Assembly: GCA_013265495.1 (NCBI GenBank)
Contig: MU058584.1
Coordinates: 248,001-312,000, forward strand
Direction: 5' to 3'
DNA from: Vicugna vicugna
Lineage: Eukaryota
DNA length: 64,000 nucleotides
A program made the translations under genes and the position numbers. Below the pieces are notes generated by a model. That model saw nothing but the letters and a program-made list of their open reading frames with translations, had not been told where the DNA came from and did no database searches. Every line of letters starts with the position of its first letter. The stretch's first letter is position 1. Positions 52,986 to 64,000 of the stretch are shown piece by piece.

Positions 52986-53689
52986 GGGCTACAAATATTC
53001 CAATTGGATGTATTCCCAATTACCTTGATAAATACCATCTTTGTATCCATTAGCGTGCATTTGACTACAAGGAACAGAAAATCAACAATGGCTTAATCAA
53101 ATTGCTGTTTATGTTTCTCCCACTCTAAGAAGACCAGAGGTGGCTATTTGAAATTCGGTTCAGCAGTGCAGTGATGTCATCAGGACCCCAAGTTCTTTCC
53201 ATTTTCCACTCTATTGTTCTTAGAGTTTTTAAGGTATTTTTAAAAGGGTTTTTATTTTAGATATTTAAAGGGTATTATTCTCAGGCTTTTTGACCTAATT
53301 GTAATTGGTTTAAGCTGGTTCTAGTTACTGCTTGGCCATTCTCTTTTGCCAGACGTTCAGTTTTCCAGTCTCTCACAGCTAGGGGTAGCCACGTGATTCA
53401 TTTCTGGCCAATAGAATAAAACAAATCTGCAGAGAGTTTTTAGAGAAGATATTTTGCTTCCTGATAACAGAAACAAATAGGAGGGAGGAGCTTTCTGGTG
53501 CCACCCTTCCCCCACTTTTGGACTTTGATCATGGTCCCTGGAGGTGTGGCAGCTGTCTCATAACCATGAGTCCTTTCTCCTACTGAGAATATACCTCCTT
53601 TTAAAGTCCACTTTTAAATCCTTTTGAAGTTCAATTCTACGGTCTTAATACAGAATATGTCTTAGACCTTTCCCGCAAGAGAGCTTTTC

Positions 53690-54680
53690 TTCCACTTAAA
53701 GATAGGAAGTAAGTACTTTCTAAATCTCTTTCTCAAGCTAACTATACCCACTTTCTTCACCTTTTATCTCCATTTTATTCACCTTTTTCTCAGACCCATG
53801 GCCATCCAGATTTTTTATTATTCTGGTTATTGTTTCTCTAGAAAGGCTCCAGTTTGAGGAGATGTTAGAGCATATTGAAACTATTTCTTCTCTTTTTCTG
53901 GCCATTGTTATTTTATTAATACAGCCCAAGATTGCCTTAGTGTTTTTGGCAGTTAGATTGCACGAATGATTCACACTGAATTTTTTTTTAAATGCAGTTT
54001 TTTCCTGTTGTTTTTTAAAGTAAATTTTATACTGGTTTTCTTCATCGGGTGCTTTCCAGCTATATTCCTTTTTTTTTTTTTTTTAACCCAAGGGCAGGCC
54101 TTTACATTTTTTCCTAGTGAATGTCATGATGGTTTTGGCTCATTTTTTCATTCTGTTGAAATCTTGCTGTTTTTGCTCTTATCTCAGTTTGAGGGTAATT
54201 TCCAAATTCAATAAGCATAGTTTCTGACTTAATGCAAATCACTAATTTTATTTATTTATTTTTATTGTGAAGTATAATTGATTTACAATGTTCTGTTAGC
54301 TTCAGGTGTACAGCAAAGTGATTCAGATATATATACATGTGTATATATATATATGTGTATATATATATATCTTTTCACATTCTTTTCCATTGTAGGTTAT
54401 TATAAGATATTAAATATAGTTCCTTGTGCTATACAGTAGGTCCTCAAATCACTGATTTTAAAAAGTCATATTCATTCAGATAGGGCTAGATTCTAGAGCC
54501 CTACACACAATAGGAAAAGTCCTTCTTTATTGATATGAACTGTTTTGGTGATAGTTCAGGCAGTCAGAGGTGCTGGTGCCTAGGCCACATGTCTTCATCA
54601 TGTCTAAGAGCATTTCCTAAGAGACTTTTGTCACCTACCTTTCAGAAATCAAGATACAATATCTGTGGCATCCTTCCCAC
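53690..54680 (-). mobile_element. CR1/L3 LINE relic, split by a younger L1
   Basis: ORF 53738..53974 reads AKNTKAILGCINK...REEIV, resembling the CR1 ORF2 motif AKKANAILGCINR...REVIV; boundaries approximate. Confidence 0.65.
54251..54444 (-). mobile_element. Short L1 3' end insertion with 16-bp TSD and internal (TA)n
   Basis: TSD CAAATCACTAATTTTA (54235-54250) / CAAATCACTGATTTTA (54445-54460), followed by AAAA (TTTT/AA endonuclease site). Confidence 0.92.
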
Positions 54681-56879
54681 CTGTCAGTCTGATAACTTGA
54701 TCTGAAGATCCTGAGATGAGTTTGGTTTGGCTTTAGAGAATCCAAGTTGACATAAACTCTGCATCTTTACTAAGTGCCTACAGATCCTGCTTCGTTTGAT
54801 CCTTATGTAAAATAAGTATTGTTCTCCATGTTTAACAGATGAAGTCACTGAGGCACCAAGACAATGAGCTGTATGATGGCCACTCTGTGCTGAGTGGTTA
54901 CTGTGTGCAGGCGTCATTTGATGTGCAAATCTCCTCCCACCCCTGCCCGGAGCTAGGTAGTATCATCCTTTTTTAAAAACGAGGAAACAGGCTCGAAGAG
55001 GGATACACTCACTGTGGAAATGTTCAAAGAACAGGGTCTCAGAAAGCCCTGAGCATGCCACTTCAGCAACCTGAGACCCAGGACCTTGACAGGTTTTGGC
55101 CAGCTGGCAGGTTGCCAGGCTCTGGGGACCCCTCGGCTGCTGGGTCCACCAGGCCTCCCCAGCCAAGTTTGCTTCTGGCAAGAGCATCTGTTTTCCAGTT
55201 TACCTGGGAGCCTCCGGACTTAGCTCTGAAATGCCTGTCTGTTGAAAACCAAGGCTTCATTTGCCAGGTGGGGCTGGGGCAGCTAGAAATGACCTGCCAC
55301 CTTAGTGTGTAATTTAGAAAATGCACCTGCTGCACAGCATCAGAATCAAAGAGCAGAGCAAAATCCCACGAGCAACATCATTCTGCCATCTCCCTTCCCT
55401 GGCTCACTACAGCGTGGGAGCCCTGCCAGGGAACTGCCATAAAATGCTGGAAAGGGATGATGGAAAGCATGGCTGAAAATGAGGTCTTTTTTCCCCTGTT
55501 CACTCTGCTTTGCTGTTTTCTCAGCTTCTTATTTTGCCTTTGATCTCCACTTTCTCTCTACTTTAATTCAGTTTAATTCATTTATTGAATGTATATTATG
55601 AGCCAGGTGCCCTATGGCCTGCTGAACACAAAAGATGAAGAAGACAAAACCTCTGCCTTTATGAACTCATGTTAGAAAGATTATGTGTCATCTTGGGGAG
55701 GCATACAAAAGAGCTTTTTTTCCCCTCTGAAGATATTTTAGCAAAAACAAAGTTGTTCTTAACTGTATGAGAGTTGGGAGAATGTCTCGTAGACAATGAG
55801 GAGCCATTAAAAGATTTGGGCCCGGAGAATGCCATTGTCAGATCTGCAGATTAGATGAATCACCACCGTAGTGGTAAAGAGTGGAAAGCAGAGAAAAAGG
55901 CAATACAATAACCACAGATCTCATTCACAGACTACCTGGCCTCGCCAGGGAGCTCTGCCCAAGCCAGAGTCCTGCACTGGACGGGTCATTGCTCTGACCC
56001 AGGGGGGGCTCCCTTGCCCTTCGTGACTCGTGGTGACCCAAGGAGGGAGAGATAGGCAGAGGCCCTTTGCCTTCCCAAGGAATTTCCCATGGCTGCTACC
56101 TGGCGGAACTTCAGGAGATGCCACTTCCATCATAGCTCCATGAGTGGAACCTCCAAGAATCGTGCAGGCATAACCTGCAACCACCAGACACTGTCCTGGG
56201 AGAGGCCAGGCACACTGCATACAGCCTGTTGCTTTCACACACCATGATCAATCGACCTCTCCCTGTCTCTCTCTCTCCCCTAACCTCCCACCCCTCTCTA
56301 TACCTTCTCTCCCTCTCCCTCTCTCCTGGTTCTAAGAGACCTCCATGTTTACACACAGAGGGCAGCTCTGGCACAGATTATGTGCTGTCATGTGATGTGC
56401 TTTTTCAGGACATTCACATACCTCCCCTGCCTTTTTTACAGATGCCTGATGTCCCTTCCCTTTAATGCGTTCTGCCTTCAGTGATGAGTCTTTACATGCG
56501 AATACTCCCAGTAGAGGTAATGCGTTGCATTAAATCTATGCCAGGGTATAAATAACTGATAACAGATTTCACTAGGGAAGCAGCAATGAGAAAACTCTGC
56601 AGAGTCAAAAGGATATGTTATAGGACAACCCCAGAGTGGGGAACGTGGAGAAAGGTGGTCTGTGCTTTACCACCTTCTAGACTAGAAATGAACTATAAGG
56701 ACTCATGCTTATTCCTGATCATTAGGAGATGCATAGAAGCTGGTTCAGTGAAGACGGGGAGCGGAGCACTGCAGGTAGAAGCCTAGAGATGGTAAGACTG
56801 GGATGGGTTATTGGGAAATGCAAGCAAAGCTGAAGCAAGGGGTTACAACAGACAGAAGAGGAGGGGAAGCAGTAGAGGT

Positions 56880-57210
56880 AAGAATGGAGGACCAGATCAC
56901 ACCAGGCCTGTGTGCTATGCTGGGAATTTGGAATTTGAGCCAAAGGCTCTGGGGACAGAAACCCCCAAATTGCTGTGATCAAGGGAGTGAAATAATTAAA
57001 TTTGAGTTGTGGTAGATGATCCTGGCAGTAGTGTAGAGGATGGTTTGCAGGGTCGGCCTGAAGTAGGGAGACCAGTTAGGAGGCTGCTGTTGAAATCCAG
57101 GCATGAGATAGGAAAGGCTCTGATGAAGGTAGCGGCATAGAAAGAGGGGGAGTAGGGAGTACAGAAAAAGGTAGAAATAACAGGACTTGGTGACTCTCTG
57201 CATACGGGGA
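56880..57210 (-). mobile_element. L2 fragment
   Basis: gggagaccagttaggaggctgctgttgaaatccaggcatgaga...caggacttggtgact. Confidence 0.7.
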
Positions 57211-59599
57211 AGAGAGAAGGGTGAAAGTATTCTTGAGTAAAAATGCTTGGTTATAAGTAACAAAGCAACTTTATCCAGATTGATCAAAGAAAAGGGATAA
57301 GGAAGGAAACTTTACTATAAGGATATAGGATTGTCTCACAGAACCCAAGGACCCCAGTGCCACTAGGGACATTAAAGACTTCACACAATAGACAGAAGGT
57401 GTCCAGGCTACAGTTACTGGAAGAGAGACTGAAGCTGTCTCCTTTTCAGACCCAATTCCAAATGTCTGGGGAAGGGACTCTGGTGCAACATAGGTCGGGT
57501 GCCCCATCCTGAAGTGATCACATAAGGTGCATGTGGAGGGGGTCAGGTCACCGTGTAGAAGTGGGAGGTCCCACTTCTAGACCAGATGAATCAGTGGGCA
57601 TCTACTGTGTTCTAGCTCATGGCTGGCTGGCTCTCTGTCTCCCCTCCGCTTCCAAAGATACAGTTACTTAACATAAAGTAATCATCTTAGAGAAAAGTGA
57701 AAACATCTCCCCATAAGAGACAACCCAAATTGGTACCTAGGAGTGTCACAGGCAACTCTTCTGGGTATCCACATCCCCGGGTGATATCTTTTCCAGCGTG
57801 GCTTGAATCTAGCCCAGATGTGACTTCTCACCATCCGACAGCCACCAGACTCAATGATAAATTTAACCTGGCATATGCATGTAGCTCTCAGCTCAGTGTG
57901 GACAGGTCACTTGGTAGACTAGCCCCCAAAAATATTTGCTCCATACATTTGTTCTTCAGGGTACTCTTGTTCACGGAGGTGCACGAATGTCATTTAATTT
58001 TAGCCTTGTTAGATAGCCTGGAACCACGGGGGAGCCTGGGCTTTCGGTCAGACAGGTGGGCTGTGGAATCCTGGCTTTACCACACTTACTATTGACATTG
58101 GGGAAGTCACGTCACCTCTGTGACCCTCCGTCTCCTCACTCTAACCTGGGGATCATGCAAATATCCTCTTCTGCTTACTATGTGCTCACCACGTGTTCCT
58201 TTTTTGACCCTGACAGGAATAAACCCCAACCCCAATTCTAAGGCTAAAAATCTTGAGGAATATAAAGATCACAGAAGGCTTAATAAAAGGATAAGCCTTA
58301 GAATTAGCATCAAGAGGAAACCCAGACACTGACACAAAGGTGGGGGTTTACTAGTAAGCAGTGGGGGGGGGGTTCTAGTCTGAGTATCACGAGGGCTTCA
58401 GAACCACAAACCTGGGCTCAAATCTGAATCCTGCCACCCATCTGGTGGGTGATCTTGGGCGAATTTTTCTCTTCTGAGCCTTCGTTTTCTAACATTGCAG
58501 GTTGTTGTGGAGATTAGGGATGTATAAAAATGCCTGACTCATAGCTTGCCACATTTACAAATGTTTGCTGAATGTTGAATGAATGATTAAATAATAGCCA
58601 TTTAGTAAATGGGGACATTATTATTCCTGTTTCTGGCTCACTGTGTGAACTTAGTAGGAATTCTCTCTGTGCCTCAGTTTACTTATCTGAAAAAGGAAAC
58701 TGTCATTTTTGATTCTTTGTTCTTTCCGTTTGGTGATTGTGATTTCTGTAAACATGTTTTTCCCTTTTTTGGGGTTGCTTTGTTCCAGGGACTAAACTTT
58801 AACAAGGTAATTTTCTAAAGCTTGAGCAATTCCTGAGGTGTTTGGAGCCAGCTGCCAGCCCCTTGCTTTTGTTGGCAGCGAGAGCCCAGGCACTTCCGGC
58901 AGCTGCAGCTGCCCATCGAGATGCTGCCCCCAGTGGGGGAGCAGAAGGGGATGGAGGTGGGTAGAGCAGGCGGCTTCTCTGGGAGGACAGACAGCATTGC
59001 CCAGAGCTAGGAGGTGAGCAGAGCAAGGCTGCCACAGCATCCTTAGTCTGACACTGAGCCCTGAGTGAAAACCTAAGGGGCACCTCACTCCAGACAGGAG
59101 GAAACCCAGCTATGTGCTCTGAGAGCCAAAGTTCTAATCCAAGGAGATGCAGCTAAAACAGCAGCCACACAACCGAGACACAGAGGCACCACCCCAGAGT
59201 TCCAACTCCTGCTGACATTCTTTCTCCCCCTTCCTCTAAAAAATTACTTTCTTCCTTTTGAAAAGCCTATCCAAGTCATTCAAGTTAATCTTGGGATCTT
59301 CCCATGCCCATCATTCCTAACCCTCCGTCATCTCATTGATATTGCTCTGCTTTCCTCTTTCCTCCCTTCTTCTTGCCACCATTCAGAGCTCTGCTATCTG
59401 AAAGTGATATGTGTGGTTCCTGAACAGCATGTGCTGTTGAGGTTTTCCATTCCTTCACTGAAGAGTGTCAGTGCCTGAGCGTCACTTTTTTTTAGACCTA
59501 GAATTGTATGTCCAGTAACACACTGCCTTTGTGTAACTACAGGGGGACCATACAATGTCAGTAGCGTCCTCTGGAGTTAAGGACAGTTTGAATACCTAA

Positions 59600-59790
59600 T
59601 ATGGCCAGGTGGAAGCATCTCAGTTTATCCTCACAACCATCCTGCAGTGGCGGTGTTGTTATCTCCAGGGTGCAGGTGAGGAAATTGAAGTAGAGAGACT
59701 GACCAGTAGCCCAAGGACAAAAATACACAGCTTGTGAGTAGCAAGCTAGCTTTGATCTCAGGTCTGTTTGACTTGAAGCTCATGCTGTTA
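59600..59790. mobile_element. MIR SINE
   Basis: atcctcacaaccatcctg...caggtgaggaaattgaag...caggtctgtttgactt. Confidence 0.65.
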
Positions 59791-62700
59791 ATCACACCCC
59801 ACCCTCCAACATTTAACTTTTAAAATCCAACTTCAGCTCCTCACACACATGCCATCTCTCCTTCTAGAATTCCATATTTAGGTTCTCCAACCACTTACGT
59901 GCAAGGTGGCACATCTATGGAAAATTAACCAACTGCAGAAACAGTGGGCAGTAAGATGTCCCATCTGAGAGATCTGGCATTTAGTCCCAATACTGTCACT
60001 CCAGATGTGTGTGTGTGTGAAGTCATAGGCTTTAGTTTTGTCTATTTTCCAAGAGAATTGCTAGGACTGAGTGATTTCCAAGGTGATCCCTTTCAGCCCC
60101 AAAATTCTGAATTCTTTGGTGCAAGCAGCTTGATTTGTTGATCCTTCTGTAGTGTGTTCTGGAACACAGTTAGCTTGAATGTAGATACCCACAGGAAAAA
60201 AAAATAGTTGTTTTGTATGTTCCTGTGAGGCCATCAGTCTCTCTAGAAAGTGCTGAATACACTCTCTCTAGAAAGTGCTGAATATTTGAGATGTGAGAAG
60301 GGTAGACATTCTGAGCTTTTCACGACACATTCCTCAGTAACTGTGCATTCTGGGTTTCCTCAAATTACAGCGTGGCAGTCTGCACCTCGAACGCAGGTGG
60401 CAGCGGAGGGAAGAGCAGCAGGCTTCCCCAGGGCTTGCTGCCAGGAGAGTTTGGCTGGTCTGCTCAGAAGTGGTGGATCACTCCCTGTGGAGCATGCATC
60501 CTGGCCCAGGCAGCGGAAGAAACCATCCTGTTTCAGACCAGCTCACTCTGGGATGGAGACAAGCTAAGTGGTGATAATGTCACTGGCAAAGCCAATTAAC
60601 AGTTCCCGGGAAATAAAAGTAGAATCTGTATTAAAAAGTCTAACTTTTTTTCCCTTTTCCTTTGTGCTTAGTCTAGTTTCACTTGCTCAAAGGGTACCAT
60701 GTGCAGAGGCCTTGCGCCTGGCACTTCAGACCAAAGATCCTAGTGTGAAGGGCTGCACCGACACCTCAGTTCAGTGGGCTGTGTGCAAAAGCGCTGTGCG
60801 GGGCACTCAGTTCGGGACTGCAGCAGTGACCGTGTGCAGAGACCTGGAGCAATGAGCAGCACACCTGTGCAACCTTTGAGAACTACTACCCTGCCCCTAC
60901 CCCCAGATCCCTATAAAGCAGCCGCACCCACTGCCTGTCCAGAGGGCATGACAATAGCAGCATTCACGACAGCACCAGTTCATGGCTTTACGTGCGCTGT
61001 CACTCATTCTCAAAGCATTGCCGGCAACAGAGAGTTTTCTCCATCTTATAGGTGAAGAAAACAAAAGCTCAGAAAGTGTATGTAATCCAACCAAAATCAC
61101 AGTGGTGGTTGGAACGTGGGCTTATTTATTCAGAACCAGGGCTGCAGTCTTCATCTGTGGACCGAAGGGCTTGAGCCAGTGCTTCTCCACAAGTGACATG
61201 CATACCAGGGGTGTTTCAGAATATTTTAGGTGATGCCCACTTATTTACTAATTTTAATTGTTTTTTTTTTAATTTTAAATTGTGCTAGAAAAAAATCACA
61301 CACATAAAACTTAACTATTTCATAGATATTATTTCAGAAGAGTCCAAATAAAAAAATTCAATTGATTTAAAGTCTATATAAAGAAAAGGGCTAAGTCAGT
61401 CCAGGTGATGTGGCAAAATTTGTGAAGGTGGGAACTTCACAGATAACTGAGGTTTGAGGAGACTGAATCAGATAATAAGCTCATTGGTTCCATGAGGACA
61501 GAGCAGGACCTCCCTGAGCCTCTGGCACTGTGTCTCCAACTTCTCGGGCATTTGGAGCTCTTTGAATAGGAGAGAAACCAGTTGTGTATACAGAGGACAT
61601 GATAGACCAGGCTCAGTTTATCCCACTTCTTGTATCTACTCCATCCCCACCATGCTGTCTCCTACGCACCCAAGGCTTTGCTGTCAGGTACCTCTCAACA
61701 TACGCCTTGCGTGAGAAGCCTAAGGCATAGGTGCAAAGTGGCGGGCTGTAGATGTATTTAGTTAGGCCAGCACAGTGACTGTTTATTTTTAATTCCTGAA
61801 TCTGAATGTCTTGAGGGAAGTCACATACTCTAGTTTGCACAGATCTCATGTCTCCACATAACATCATCCTTCATAACTCCAGACCGCTGAGGACACATGA
61901 GTCTGTGATCACTGGTTTAAAGTCTTACCTTCCCCAAGATCAAAATCCTTAAAGGCCCAAAGGACTGGTTCTTCAATGGTGGGATTTCAGAGCAGAGAGC
62001 TCCCAAGGAGCCATTGGCGGTGTGGATATCTGTAAAACACCGTGAGTCTCTAATGCTTGTGGGGCTTCTGCACCAGCCCCACAGAAGACAAAATCAGGAC
62101 AGGAGCCTGAGCCAGAAGGTGGCAATCATCACTGCTTTTTATGGTCCTTTGGTAGCTCAGTGGCTGCTTTGCAAATTTTCAAACTAGGAGTAGAGTGACA
62201 CCTGGTGTCTGGTGTCATTCTTCAAACCCAGCAATTCCCAGTCTGAGTTCATCATCTCCATCCCTAAACCATTTCTCCTCCTTCCCTTTTACTCCCCTGT
62301 TTGGGGGCAGGCAGCCTGGTATCAGGTTGAAAACTTCACAGTCATCACCAATAATTTCTTCTCTCTCTCCTCTCACATTCTACCCATTGCCAAGGTCTAT
62401 CAATTTGACTTAGGTTGATTTTATGTGTCTTTCCCCTTCTTGTCACTGCCTCTTTTTGGCCCATAAATTCATCTCTCCCACTGCAGTGATTTCTAAGAGT
62501 TCTCACCTACACATCACTGCCTGATTAATATTCTTAAAGTACTGTTCCAACAAACCAGTCATCTGCCAGAAGTCAATAGTTCTCCACCACGTGCAGAATA
62601 AAGCCCAACATCTCAACCTGCTCATGACTTCGCCCCTGGCTACCCTTCTGGCATTTTCCACTATTCCCTTGTTCTTCAATCCACTCCAGGCTTTCTGCAG

Positions 62701-62949
62701 CTCAGATGGCTGCTTTTACCCATGTGAATCACTCTTTCAAGAGGGTTGGTTATAAAGAGAAGTAGAGAGACAGAGCAAATGGTAAGAGAGGTGATCAGAG
62801 AGGAAGTTTTAATTTGATGAACAGAAATGACTTGAACATGTTTAAGGCAGAGGTTGAAGAGCCCACTGAGGGGGAGGTTAAAAATGTATAGTGGCACCAA
62901 CTGAACACCACCTGTGGACCAGAGACTTGACTCTGTTTCATAAAGAATA

Positions 62950-63110
62950 ATTCATTCAATCTTCTCAACAACTTTACAATGTAGGTACTATTGCTATTCC
63001 CATTTTACAGACAGGGACACTGAGGCCCAGAGAGGAAATATATGAGTTAAAGCCAGAAGGAAGTAGGGCTGAGATTTGAACTCAAGTATGCTCTCTTAAC
63101 CACTTCATAT
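62950..63110. mobile_element. MIR SINE
   Basis: attcccattttacagacagggacactgaggcccagagagg...gctgagatttgaactcaag. Confidence 0.75.
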
Positions 63111-64000
63111 AAGAGAGCGTGGATAACTAGCAGAGTCGAGTCCCTTAAGAGGTGGAAGGAGGAATAATTCCCAGCTCGGGGTGTTGTGGTCATCCATTGG
63201 CCTTACACAGGAAGAGGAGCACCTCTTCCCTGAGCCAGGAAAGAAGCAGGGTCAGATGAGGATGCCGCAGTTAGAATCATAGATGGAGGAAAGAAGTTGG
63301 AAATGTTCTTGCCAACAGTTCTCTGTTGAGAATTAGGGGGATGTGGTGTGGTAAGGAGCTTAAGGAGAGTAGGGAGAGCCTAAAATAGTTGCTGTGGGGG
63401 AATTAAAGAGTAACTGTGAGAGCCTGGAGTCAGCCTCACTTAACAGAGGTTACAGACCGTAGATTTATAAAGGTCTCAGCCGCACAGTGTGTGCCCTCTC
63501 TTGTCTCATCTATGCCAATTCTAGGTATCACTCAAATACTGTCTCCTTCATGAAACCTTCCCTGATCCCTCTTACAGGGTGTGAGTTTTCCCACATCCTT
63601 TTGACTCTTTCGTATGGTCCTTATATTAATAACCTTATATGACAGTTGGATTTGTACATGTGTGTCTTCCTTGGATTGAAGAGTCTCTAATGGCAAGGAT
63701 GATGTCATACTAGTTTTCTGTCCCTCGACAGGGCCAAGGACATTCTGTTTTATCAGAGTTGCTCATTAAAAGCTATTCCCTTATCGCTTGACTGTTCCCC
63801 TCCAGGTGGCGCTAGTTCTTTCCTTTATTTTCCCTCCCTTATGATTCTTCCATCTCTTTCTATCTGTGCCCCAGAATCTCTTTTAGCTGTTTCTATTTTT
63901 TAATTCCCACTTAAACTCTCAGGTTACTAATGGTGGCCATGAGCACTGCCTTGCTGATCAAGGTCCTCTTGAGGCTAAGAGGTTGTGTGGAACAACTCTA

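Overview
Mammalian genomic DNA containing one complete protein-coding gene on the minus strand: OLFML2B (olfactomedin-like 2B, photomedin-2). It has 8 coding exons from the ATG at 50596 to the TGA at 15167, and all introns are GT-AG. The spliced CDS is 2295 nt (764 aa), comprising a signal peptide, two CxCxCx9C motifs, a coiled coil, a Thr/Pro-rich stalk and a C-terminal olfactomedin domain. The gene has a CpG-island promoter (~50.6-51.4 kb) and an AATAAA poly(A) signal at 14706-14711. The rest of the window is intron or intergenic DNA with typical eutherian repeats: L1, L2, CR1/L3, MIR, MLT1 LTRs, and hAT/Tigger MERs. The young L1 3' ends look cetartiodactyl, and I saw no ruminant, pig or whale SINEs, so a camelid is plausible (inference). 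I found no convincing new biological system. The most notable items are in-frame tandem duplications in exons 1 and 6, NAGNAG acceptors, a uORF, a rearranged L1 with a self-templated insertion in its RT FADD motif, an inverted L1 pair near exon 4, candidate convergent CTCF sites, and a cluster of ACGT motifs. Repeat family names and comparisons with the human protein come from recall, not from searches, and repeat boundaries are approximate unless a TSD is given.
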